A stretch of 64,000 bases of DNA, from contig JBKAGE010000038.1 of NCBI GenBank assembly GCA_046290225.1, forward strand, positions 256,001 to 320,000. The letters are read 5' to 3'. The position numbers and the translations under genes were made by a program. The notes beneath the pieces were generated by a model, which was not told where the DNA came from, made no database searches, and worked only from the letters and a program-made list of their open reading frames with translations. Position 1 is the first letter of the stretch; each line of letters opens with the position of its first letter. Shown in pieces: positions 48,613 through 64,000 of the stretch. Source of the DNA: Bradymonadia bacterium. GTDB taxonomy: Bacteria; Myxococcota_A; Bradymonadia; UBA7976; UBA1532.

Positions 48613-49992
48613 ATGATGCACGGCGCAGTGGCCAACGTGGTCGAGGCCATCGGCAACACCCCCATCGTCAAACTCAACACCCTGGCGGCGGGCCTCAAGG
48701 CCAACATCTTCTGCAAACTCGAGTACATGAACCCCGGCGGCTCCGTGAAGGATCGCATCGGCGTGCACATGCTCCGAGAGGCGGAGCGTCGCGGTGAGAT
48801 TCAGCCTGGCGGCACCATCATCGAGGCCACCAGCGGCAACACCGGCATGGGGCTGGCCCTCTACGCCGCCCTCAAGGGCTACCGCTGCATCTTCGTCATG
48901 GCCGACAAGCAGTCCATGGAGAAGGTCCGGGCCCTGCGGGCCGTGGGGGCCAAGGTGGTGATCACCCCCACCGACGTCGAGCCCGAGGATCCCCGAAGCT
49001 ACTACTCCGTGGCCAAGCGCCTCTACAAAGAGACGCCGAACTCGTTCTACGCCAACCAGTATCACAACCCCGACAACCCCGAGACCCACTACCAGTGGAC
49101 CGGCCCTGAGCTCTGGAAGCAGACCAACGGCCAGATCGACGCCTTCGTGGCGGGCCTGGGCACCGGGGGCACCATCTCGGGCACCGGGCGCTACCTCAAA
49201 GAGCAGAGCCCCGACGTGCAGCTGGTGGGCATCGACATCGAAGGCTCGGTCTATTACGACTTCTGGAAGTCCGGGAAGGTGGTCCCCGCCTACTCGTACA
49301 AGACCGAAGGCATCGGCGAGGACTTCTTCCCCAGCACCATCTCTCTCGACATCATCGACGAGGTGGTCCAGGTGAACGACAAAGACTCCTTCGACATGAC
49401 CCGCAAGCTCGCCCGTCTCGAGGGCATCTTGACTGGGGGTTCCGGGGGCTCTGCCGTGCTCGGGGCGATCCGCTACGCCGAGAAGATCGACCGCGAGGCC
49501 AACATCGTGGTGCTGCTCCCCGACAGCGCCACCCGCTACCTGAACAAGATCTTCGACGACGAGTGGATGCGGGAGAATGGCTTCCTCGATCCCGAAGAAG
49601 AGCTGGGCACCATCCGCGAGCTGCTCACCGGCAAGAGCGGTGAGGTCTTCACCCTCGATCACGCCACCCCGATTCGGCAGGTCATCGAGCTGATGAAGGC
49701 CCACGGCATCAGCCAGGTGCCGTTGATGGACGGCGGTCGGCTCAAGGGCATCGTCAACGAGTCGGCCCTGCTGAGCTACATCCTCGACGGCGAGGGCAAC
49801 CTCGACAAGCCTGTGGGCGAGATCGCCTCCGACGCCTTCGAGGTGGCCGATCCGGATGCGCCGGTGGGCCTGTTCAACCACATCTTCGGCCAGGGCAAGG
49901 TGATCATCGTCTGGGAGCGGGGCACCTGCCGCGGCATCATCACCAAGATCGACGTCCTCGACTACCTGGCCCACCGCCGCCGCGTCTCTTAA
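48613..49992 (+). CDS. cbs: Cystathionine beta-synthase with C-terminal CBS domains
   Basis: IGNTPIVKL, KLEYMNPGGSVKDRIG (PLP Lys), EATSGNTG, GLGTGGTISG and a tandem CBS pair. Confidence 0.92.
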   Translation: MMHGAVANVVEAIGNTPIVKLNTLAAGLKANIFCKLEYMNPGGSVKDRIGVHMLREAERRGEIQPGGTIIEATSGNTGMGLALYAALKGYRCIFVMADKQSMEKVRALRAVGAKVVITPTDVEPEDPRSYYSVAKRLYKETPNSFYANQYHNPDNPETHYQWTGPELWKQTNGQIDAFVAGLGTGGTISGTGRYLKEQSPDVQLVGIDIEGSVYYDFWKSGKVVPAYSYKTEGIGEDFFPSTISLDIIDEVVQVNDKDSFDMTRKLARLEGILTGGSGGSAVLGAIRYAEKIDREANIVVLLPDSATRYLNKIFDDEWMRENGFLDPEEELGTIRELLTGKSGEVFTLDHATPIRQVIELMKAHGISQVPLMDGGRLKGIVNESALLSYILDGEGNLDKPVGEIASDAFEVADPDAPVGLFNHIFGQGKVIIVWERGTCRGIITKIDVLDYLAHRRRVS

Positions 49993-50002
49993 GGAGCCTG
50001 CC

Positions 50003-51196
50003 GTGAGTGATCATCCGAACCCCAACGCCCCTCAGCCGGTGAACCCCGAGGGGCACCGCTTCGAGACCCTGGCGATCCACGCTGGCCAAGCGCCCGACCC
50101 TTCGACGGGGGCGGTGAACGTGCCGGTCTACCTCAACAGCACTTATGTGCAGGCGGGGCCCGGCGAACATCAAGGCTACGAGTACAGCCGCACAGCCAAT
50201 CCCACCCGCACCGCCCTGGAGCGCAACCTCGCCGCCCTCGAGGGGGGCCGGTCGGGCGTCTGCTTCTCCAGCGGCTGCGCGGCCTCGGCGGCCCTGGCCC
50301 ACTGGATCGGCCCCAACGGCCACATGATCTGCTGTGACGACGTCTACGGGGGCACCTTCCGCCTCTTCGACAAGATGTTCACTCAGGCTGATCGGCAGTT
50401 CACCTTCACCGATCTCACTGATCCCGACGCCCTCTTCGAGCACATCCGGCCCAACACCAAGGCGGTGTGGCTCGAGACGCCGACGAACCCCCTGCTCAAG
50501 CTCATCGACATCGAGGCCATCGCCGAGCGCGCCCACAGCAAGGGGCTCAAGGTCATCGTCGACAACACCTTCATGTCGCCCTTCTTCCAGCGCCCGCTGG
50601 ATCTCGGAGCCGACATCGTGGTGCACAGCTGTACCAAGTACCTCGGGGGTCACTCCGACGTAGTGCTCGGGGTGGCCATCACCAACGACGACGCCATCGC
50701 CGAGCGGCTGCACTTCATCCAGAACTCCTCTGGTGGCATGCCGGGCCCCATGGATTGCTTCCTTGCGCTGCGGGGCACCAAGACGCTCCATGTGCGCATG
50801 GCCCGCCATGCGGAGAACGCTGGCATCCTCGCGCCGTGGCTCGAAGCTCACCCCAAGGTGGAGAAGGTCATCTACCCGGGCCTGCCCAGCCACCCGCAAT
50901 ATGACCTGGCCCAGCGCCAGATGAGCGGCTTCGGTGGCATGATCAGCTTCGTGGTGAAGGGGGGCCTGCCCGCAGCGACCCGTCTGCTGAAGGCCTGCAA
51001 GGTCTTCGCCCTCGCCGAGAGCCTCGGTGGTGTGGAGTCACTCATCGAGCACCCCGCCATCATGACCCACGCCAGCGTGCCCGCCGAGACCCGCGCCCGT
51101 CTGGGCATCGACGACGGCTTGATCCGCATCAGCGTCGGCATCGAGCACATCGACGATCTGCAGGGCGAGCTCGCCCACGCCCTCGAACTGGCATGA
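50003..51196 (+). CDS. metB: Cystathionine gamma-synthase/gamma-lyase
   Basis: YSRTANPT, WLETPTNP, VDNTF, HSCTKYLGGHSD and AESLGGVESL. Position after cbs favours gamma-lyase activity (reverse transsulfuration). Confidence 0.88.
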   Translation: MSDHPNPNAPQPVNPEGHRFETLAIHAGQAPDPSTGAVNVPVYLNSTYVQAGPGEHQGYEYSRTANPTRTALERNLAALEGGRSGVCFSSGCAASAALAHWIGPNGHMICCDDVYGGTFRLFDKMFTQADRQFTFTDLTDPDALFEHIRPNTKAVWLETPTNPLLKLIDIEAIAERAHSKGLKVIVDNTFMSPFFQRPLDLGADIVVHSCTKYLGGHSDVVLGVAITNDDAIAERLHFIQNSSGGMPGPMDCFLALRGTKTLHVRMARHAENAGILAPWLEAHPKVEKVIYPGLPSHPQYDLAQRQMSGFGGMISFVVKGGLPAATRLLKACKVFALAESLGGVESLIEHPAIMTHASVPAETRARLGIDDGLIRISVGIEHIDDLQGELAHALELA

Positions 51197-51618
51197 GCTC
51201 AAGGCTCACCATCGCCCTCCTGCTTCTGCCACTTTGGGCTGGTTGTGGGGGCTCTCGCGAAGAGCCTGCCACTGGGAAGGCCACTTCAGCTGATGCTGCG
51301 CCTGCTCAGGCCACACCGCCGAAACCGGTGGTGGGCAAGGCGATCAAAGCTCAAGTGGGGCACCCGGGCATGGCCAGCTTCCTGGCGGAGGGCTTTGGCG
51401 ACGCCAACAAGGTGAGCGCGGCGCTGAAGCGCTTCGCCCCTGAGGGCCTCGACCTTGCCGACATGGACGTCTTCGAGTTGCGCGATCCTCAGATCACCGC
51501 TCAGGCCGATGTCTGTTTCACTGTGGAGGCCACGGCGGGCATCACGCTGAGAACCTATGTGCTGTGCTGGGCAAGCGACGCCCAGCTGGCTTCGGTGAAG
51601 TTCAAGGGCATGCGCTGA
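51193..51618 (+). CDS. Small lipoprotein, hypothetical
   Basis: Lipobox WAGC; ATGA overlap with the upstream gene. Confidence 0.65.
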   Translation: MSSRLTIALLLLPLWAGCGGSREEPATGKATSADAAPAQATPPKPVVGKAIKAQVGHPGMASFLAEGFGDANKVSAALKRFAPEGLDLADMDVFELRDPQITAQADVCFTVEATAGITLRTYVLCWASDAQLASVKFKGMR

Positions 51619-51625
51619 GCGCGCG

Positions 51626-52678
51626 TCAGGGCGACAACACATAGTCGGGTTTTGGGCCTTGCCCCTGACCCAGCGCCCACAGCAACCCCGCCACACACCT
51701 GCCGGCCATCCCCACGTCAGCCTGTGGGGAGAGGCGCGTCTCTTCGGTACCCGATCCGAAATGGTGAAACACACGCACGCGATCGGCGAGCTCGGGGTGC
51801 AGCAGTGGGCTGTGCTGCGGCAACGGCTCTGTCTCGAAGACGTCGAGGGCCACGCCACCGAGATGGCCGCCCCTCAACACCTGGGCGAGGGCCTCTTCGT
51901 CCACCACTGCCCCCCGGGCAGTGTTCACCAACAGCGCAGAGGGCTTCAGCCGGGCGAGGGCCGAAGCGTCGATCAGGTGCCGGGTCTCGTCGGTGAGGGG
52001 CACGTGCAGCGAGAGCGCGTCAGACTCGGCGAGCACAGTGTCGAGGGTGCCATAGCGTGCAGTTCGCGGCCTTTGTGCGCCTGTGGACGCGAGGGTGTCC
52101 ATCACCAACTGCAGCGCGGCGAGGAACGTCGGATCTTCGTGGCGGGGATCACACAGCAACAGATCGACGTCGAGGGCGGCACATCGAGCGGCGAAGGCCC
52201 TGCCGATGCGGCCCAGCCCCACCACACCGATGGTCATGCCCGCCACCTCACGACCGAGGAAGGGCTGTGAAGGGTGCCAGCTCGACCATGCACCATCGCG
52301 GACGAGGGCTTCAGAGGCCCGCAACCTGCGCGCCAGAGCCCCGAGGGCGAAGAGCGCGAACTCTGCCGTGGCCCCCGTGAGCACGCCTGGCGTGTGGGTC
52401 ACCGTGATCCCCAGTCGGTGGGCGGCATCGACGTCGATGTTGTCGAGCCCCACGGCACACTGGGCCACCACCTTCAGATGAGGCACCCCCACCTGGAGCA
52501 TCTGCGCGTCGATCGGATCCCGCAGCGTGGTGATCAGCCCCGCCACCCCGCTGCGCAGCTGGGCCTCGATGACTGAACGCTCGGGGGGCTCCGGTGAAGG
52601 ATGTACCTCCAGCGTGTACCCCGCGTCGCGGATCTGCGAGAGCGCTGGCCCCAGATCACACGTGGCGTATACCCTCAC
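51626..52678 (-). CDS. D-isomer-specific 2-hydroxyacid dehydrogenase (glyoxylate reductase-like)
   Basis: AVGLDNIDV, GVVGLGRIG, LVNTARG, ALDVFETEP and HHFGSGT. Confidence 0.92.
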   Translation of the reverse strand: MRVYATCDLGPALSQIRDAGYTLEVHPSPEPPERSVIEAQLRSGVAGLITTLRDPIDAQMLQVGVPHLKVVAQCAVGLDNIDVDAAHRLGITVTHTPGVLTGATAEFALFALGALARRLRASEALVRDGAWSSWHPSQPFLGREVAGMTIGVVGLGRIGRAFAARCAALDVDLLLCDPRHEDPTFLAALQLVMDTLASTGAQRPRTARYGTLDTVLAESDALSLHVPLTDETRHLIDASALARLKPSALLVNTARGAVVDEEALAQVLRGGHLGGVALDVFETEPLPQHSPLLHPELADRVRVFHHFGSGTEETRLSPQADVGMAGRCVAGLLWALGQGQGPKPDYVLSP

Positions 52679-53727
52679 CCGCTCAACTCACCAGCAAGAT
52701 CTTGTGACATCAAGATACGGGCCTCTCCGGGCGTGCGCCCAGTGCCCAGCAACACGTAGAGCTTGGTCAGGGCCGCCTCAGGGGTCATGTCCTGTCCGGA
52801 GATCACCCCCACACTCGACAGCCCCTGCCCCGTGCGATAGCGGTCCTGCTCCACCCGCCCCGAGTGGCACTGGCTCGTGTTTACCACCAGCACGTTGCGA
52901 TCAGGCGCCGTCGCCCGGGCCAGGGCCGCCATCAGATCGTGATCCCCTCGGGGAAAGTTCCCCGTGCCGTAGGTCTCCAGAATCACCCCCTCCGTGGGGG
53001 GCGCCAGGATACGGTCGAGGGCCTGTGCGGTCATGCCAGGGTAGAGCCGGAGCGCCACCACCTCGGGTACCCGATCAGGACGCCGAGCGATGAGGGGCCC
53101 TTCACCCGGTGGCCGGATCAGGTGGGCGTTGAGCTCGATGTCCACGCCCACGTCGGCGAGGGGCGGCAGGTTGCCGCTGGCGAAGGCCACGAAGTCGGCG
53201 CTGTGCAGCTTCTGCACCCGGTTGCCGCGATAGAGCTGGGATCCGAAGTACACACACACTTCGGGGATCGCCAGAGAGCCCGCGAGGATGAGGGCGGTGG
53301 TGATGTGGGCCCGACCATCGCTGCGTACATGCTCCAGGCTGAGCTGAGCCCCGGTGAGGATGACCGGCTTGGTGAGCCCGGTGAGCAGGAAAGAGAGCGC
53401 CGAGGCGGTGTAGGCCATGGTGTCGGTGCCATGGAGCACCACGAAGCCGTCGAACTCGTCGTACCTGCGCTCGATGGCCCGGGCGATGCGCCACCAGTCC
53501 ACCGGGCGCATGTCGGCGCTGTCGAGCAGGGGCTCGAGCCGCTCCCGCTCGAAGGCAGGCACGTCGTCGTGAAACAGCAAGCGACTCTCGCGGAGGAACC
53601 GGTCGAGGACCTCGGCGTCGGGTACGTACCCTGTAGAGGTCTCGGTCATCCCGATGGTGCCGCCGACGTGGAGCAACAACACCCGAGGTCGACGACCCTG
53701 CCTGGCGTTCTCTGAGATTCGAGCCAC
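52675..53727 (-). CDS. ansA: Type I (cytoplasmic) L-asparaginase
   Basis: HVGGTIGM, LLDSADM, VVLHGTDTMAYTASALSF, KPVILTGAQ and DMTPEAALTKL. Confidence 0.9.
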   Translation of the reverse strand: MARISENARQGRRPRVLLLHVGGTIGMTETSTGYVPDAEVLDRFLRESRLLFHDDVPAFERERLEPLLDSADMRPVDWWRIARAIERRYDEFDGFVVLHGTDTMAYTASALSFLLTGLTKPVILTGAQLSLEHVRSDGRAHITTALILAGSLAIPEVCVYFGSQLYRGNRVQKLHSADFVAFASGNLPPLADVGVDIELNAHLIRPPGEGPLIARRPDRVPEVVALRLYPGMTAQALDRILAPPTEGVILETYGTGNFPRGDHDLMAALARATAPDRNVLVVNTSQCHSGRVEQDRYRTGQGLSSVGVISGQDMTPEAALTKLYVLLGTGRTPGEARILMSQDLAGELSG

Positions 53728-54101
53728 GGTGGGCCTCCCATAGAGCGAAATGGTGCACGTGCTGCACCTGCGGGGGCGCACCATGCCACAGGCGCCAGGG
53801 CGGCGTCACCCGGTGCCGAGGGCCTCGGCGCACGATCAGATCACCCCACCTGGATCTGAACACCCCGGTCTACATATCCTACTATCCGTTGAGTCCTCAG
53901 GGGTTTGAGACGCGGGCCATTAAATTGTCGAAACACAGGGAGCTGACACAGTTGTCTCGATGACGTGTCGCATCTACCCTTCTCGGCGAAACGTGACCCG
54001 GGGCCTTCAGCCTTAAGGGCTCATTCGAAAAAACCGACCCTGTGCACGGCGATCAACCGTGGCACATCTCGCATCAGCATTCCGAGTTTACGGAGTTCAG
54101 G

Positions 54102-57506
<3,405 letters not shown>

Positions 57507-57660
57507 ACCTGACGAGGGCTTACCTGCGGGTGAACCCTCGGCAAATTTGACACATCTGATATAACCGTTCGGTGAAATCCTGCCCGGCGAAGATGCCCAT
57601 CTGATGGCGTTTTCGACCGGGCTTTTCAGCTGAATGAGCTCTTCGTTTTCGTCGCTTGTG

Positions 57661-57689
57661 GCAGATGGCGTGAAATTTACGCCATCTGC
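57661..57689. promoter_or_regulatory. 29-bp near-perfect palindrome upstream of rpoC
   Basis: gcagatggcgtgaa-a-tttacgccatctgc, 13/14 complementary; no U-tract. Confidence 0.45.
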
Positions 57690-57853
57690 ACTGGCATCGA
57701 ACTGGTCGATCGTGTAGATCCGGCGATTCGTCGTGGAAGGTATGCCCTGATCTTCCACAGTTGACCCCGACAAAGGTGATCGACCACTGCGGCAGGCGCT
57801 GGGGGGCCCACCGGCGCCAAGAGGTCGCTTGACACCACAGGGTGGGAGACAAG

Positions 57854-61972
<4,119 letters not shown>

Positions 61973-62099
61973 GGCGAAATGCTTGCATGACGCAGGCACG
62001 CTTCAGCTCGAAGATCCCCCACCACACCCCTCAAGTTCGACGGGCAAGGCACCGAAGCAACAAGGTGCCATGCATGCCCCTCATCCCACTGCGAGTCAC

Positions 62100-64000
62100 A
62101 TGCAGCCCGCTCTCCTGAGCGGCCGCTATCGCCTTGGCCCCAAACTCGGGGCTGGGACGGGGGGCGTGGTGTATCAAGGCCACGACCGGCTCCTCGATCG
62201 GGCCGTGGCCATCAAGATCCTGCCATCGACCGCGAGCAATCGGGACGAGTTCCTGGTGGCCCGCAGCCTCGATCACCCCTTCGTCGTGGCCACACACGAC
62301 TTTGGCCAGGTCGACGCCGAGCACGACTTTGTGGTGATGGATCTCGTCAAGGGCCAGCCCCTGGACGCCTGGGGCCAGTCTCAGGACATCACCGCCAAGT
62401 TGAAGGTGGCGCTCTGTGGGGCCCTTGCCCTCGCGCACTTGCACACGCGCAGGCTGACCCACGCCGACATCAAGCCCGACAACCTGCTCGTGGAGGACAC
62501 CGAGCAGGGCCCAGTGGCCCGTCTCATCGACTTCGGCATGGCCACCGACGCTCAGCATGGCTTCAAAGGCACCCCTGCGTATGCTGCCCCGGAGATCTTC
62601 CAGGGCGGCGCCCCCACCTCTTCTTCTGATGTCTACGCCTTCGGTGTCTCTCTCTACGAGATGCTCAGCGGCATCAACCCCTTCGCTGCCGAGACCATCG
62701 AGGAGACCAGCGAGCGCCAGCGCACGCTGACCCCACCTCTGCTCGAGCAGATCCCGGCGCAGCTCGCTCAGGTCATCGCGAAGTGCATGGCCAAGCCCAT
62801 CGAGAGCCGCTATGCCGATGCGGAGGCCTTGCTCTTTGCTCTGACAGATGCGTTGCCAGAGCTGACAGCCACCGTCGATGCCAGCACGCTGATCCGCCCT
62901 GAGGGGTTGCCGCTGCAAGAGCGAGAAGACCTCGTCGAGAAGCTCGGCCAGACCCTCGACAACATCAGCGAAGGCCCCTTCCGCATCAGCGCCCCGAAGG
63001 GCGGCGGGCTCTCACGCGTCCTCGACACGATCTACAGTCAGGCCAGGCTGCTCGGACGCCGTGTGTTCTGGCTTTCGGGTCGTCAGGCAGAGCACCATCT
63101 GCACCATCAGCTCGAGCAGTGGCTCTCCGATGCGCCCATCGAGCCCGCAGCGATCCCTTCTCTGAGCTCGGAGCAGCTCGACGCGTTGCTCGCTCGGCTC
63201 TCCAGCGAGCCCACGGTGATCTTGATCGACGATCTCGACGCCGCCTCGACCCCAGAGCTGACCTTCCTGAGCACGTTGTGCGGGCGCATGACGCCCAAGC
63301 AACCCCTGTGGCTTTACTACACGACCCGACCCGCTGGCTGCCGGAAGCAGGCGCAGTTGAACCTGCCTGGGCACACCCACCGGCTCACGGCGCTGACCCC
63401 TGCCGGCGTCCACGGTGCCCTCCAGAGCGCCTTGGGCACGATTGATCCCGAGCAGCGCTTCGCGCGTTTGTGCCACACCGCCACCGAGGGCACACCCGGA
63501 GCCTTGTGGGCGCTGATTCGCCATCAGATACAATCAGGCCGCATCTGGTGGGGTGAAGGGCGCTGGCGCCTCGATGATCGCTTGCTGCTGATGGCGCCTG
63601 AGGCTCTGTGCCCGCCAGACAGCGCCGACGATGCGCCCCCCCTTGATCTGACTCAACTCACCGCCCATGGCCGAGAGGCGCTGCTCAGCGTGGCGGTGCT
63701 CAGCTCAGGGCCCGCCAAGGGGACCTCGCTCAAGCGACAGGTGGTGGACGCGATGTTGTCGGCCAACCACCGCAAGGCGCTCAAAAACCTCCTCAAGGGT
63801 GGGCTGTTGACCACGCGAGGGACCACCTTGAAGCTCACGCACGGGGGCCACCTGGAGCCCCTGCTCGCTCAGCTCAAGACGCTCAAGCATCGCCGCCTGC
63901 ACCGCCTGGCGGCCATCGCTTACTCCGAAGCAGATCCCAACTCCCTCACCCGCTGGGCTTACCATACCCGGGAGGCCGGCTACCCTGAGCAGGCCATCCC
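62100..64000 (+). CDS. Ser/Thr protein kinase fused to a degenerate STAND/AAA-like domain (3' partial)
   Basis: Manual translation gives GRYRLGPKLGAGTGGVVY, VAIKIL, HADIKPDNLL, IDFG and GTPAYAAPE, then APKGGGLS and ILIDDLD. The frame appears open to the window end. Confidence 0.88.
   Translation, partial: MQPALLSGRYRLGPKLGAGTGGVVYQGHDRLLDRAVAIKILPSTASNRDEFLVARSLDHPFVVATHDFGQVDAEHDFVVMDLVKGQPLDAWGQSQDITAKLKVALCGALALAHLHTRRLTHADIKPDNLLVEDTEQGPVARLIDFGMATDAQHGFKGTPAYAAPEIFQGGAPTSSSDVYAFGVSLYEMLSGINPFAAETIEETSERQRTLTPPLLEQIPAQLAQVIAKCMAKPIESRYADAEALLFALTDALPELTATVDASTLIRPEGLPLQEREDLVEKLGQTLDNISEGPFRISAPKGGGLSRVLDTIYSQARLLGRRVFWLSGRQAEHHLHHQLEQWLSDAPIEPAAIPSLSSEQLDALLARLSSEPTVILIDDLDAASTPELTFLSTLCGRMTPKQPLWLYYTTRPAGCRKQAQLNLPGHTHRLTALTPAGVHGALQSALGTIDPEQRFARLCHTATEGTPGALWALIRHQIQSGRIWWGEGRWRLDDRLLLMAPEALCPPDSADDAPPLDLTQLTAHGREALLSVAVLSSGPAKGTSLKRQVVDAMLSANHRKALKNLLKGGLLTTRGTTLKLTHGGHLEPLLAQLKTLKHRRLHRLAAIAYSEADPNSLTRWAYHTREAGYPEQAI

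Noticed and set aside
54060..54075. TGGCAC...GC as a sigma54 promoter (a similar candidate lies near 36235-36250)
   Set aside because: GG-to-GC spacing is 8-9 nt rather than the required 10.
57547..57578. TTGACA as a sigma70 -35 for rpoC
   Set aside because: No credible -10 hexamer at 16-18 bp spacing.
61980..62000. Hairpin after rpoC as an intrinsic terminator (also a short hairpin near 39658-39675)
   Set aside because: Short stems with no convincing U-tract.

Overview
High-GC window (roughly 65-70% in coding regions) from what looks like a Myxococcota/deltaproteobacterial genome. This is inferred from Cys-rich MopE-type surface lipoproteins, Gly/Met-rich linkers, a kinase-STAND fusion and a DUF4351-type fragment. 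About 40 CDS are supported, including a MATE exporter, PilZ/CheX/YjfB-like motility genes, an SDR, a PQQ sugar dehydrogenase, a macrodomain protein, SpoIIM+RDD, an outer-membrane protein+lipase pair, cystathionine beta-synthase/gamma-lyase, asparaginase, rpoC and a partial Ser/Thr kinase. I saw no rRNA, tRNA or CRISPR array. Most notable: (1) two copies (750-1153 and 30718-31017) of a non-coding element with ~60-bp (GGGCAC)n inverted arms that covary within each copy, around a gap-free, ~77% identical 188-nt structured core, each placed directly at a TAG stop codon; (2) a co-oriented lipoprotein CHAT (caspase-like) protease, secreted S8 protease, membrane anti-sigma-like protein and ECF sigma, with a low-GC central block in the CHAT gene; (3) a three-gene operon with twin BrxD/DUF2791-like ATPases, one with an N-terminal Tudor-like domain, and no other BREX genes; (4) rpoC detached from rpoB; (5) two paralogous Cys-rich surface proteins with the same tip but different stalk lengths; (6) a ~21-28-bp motif found three times upstream of genes. 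All family assignments come from motif recognition by eye; no database searches were run.
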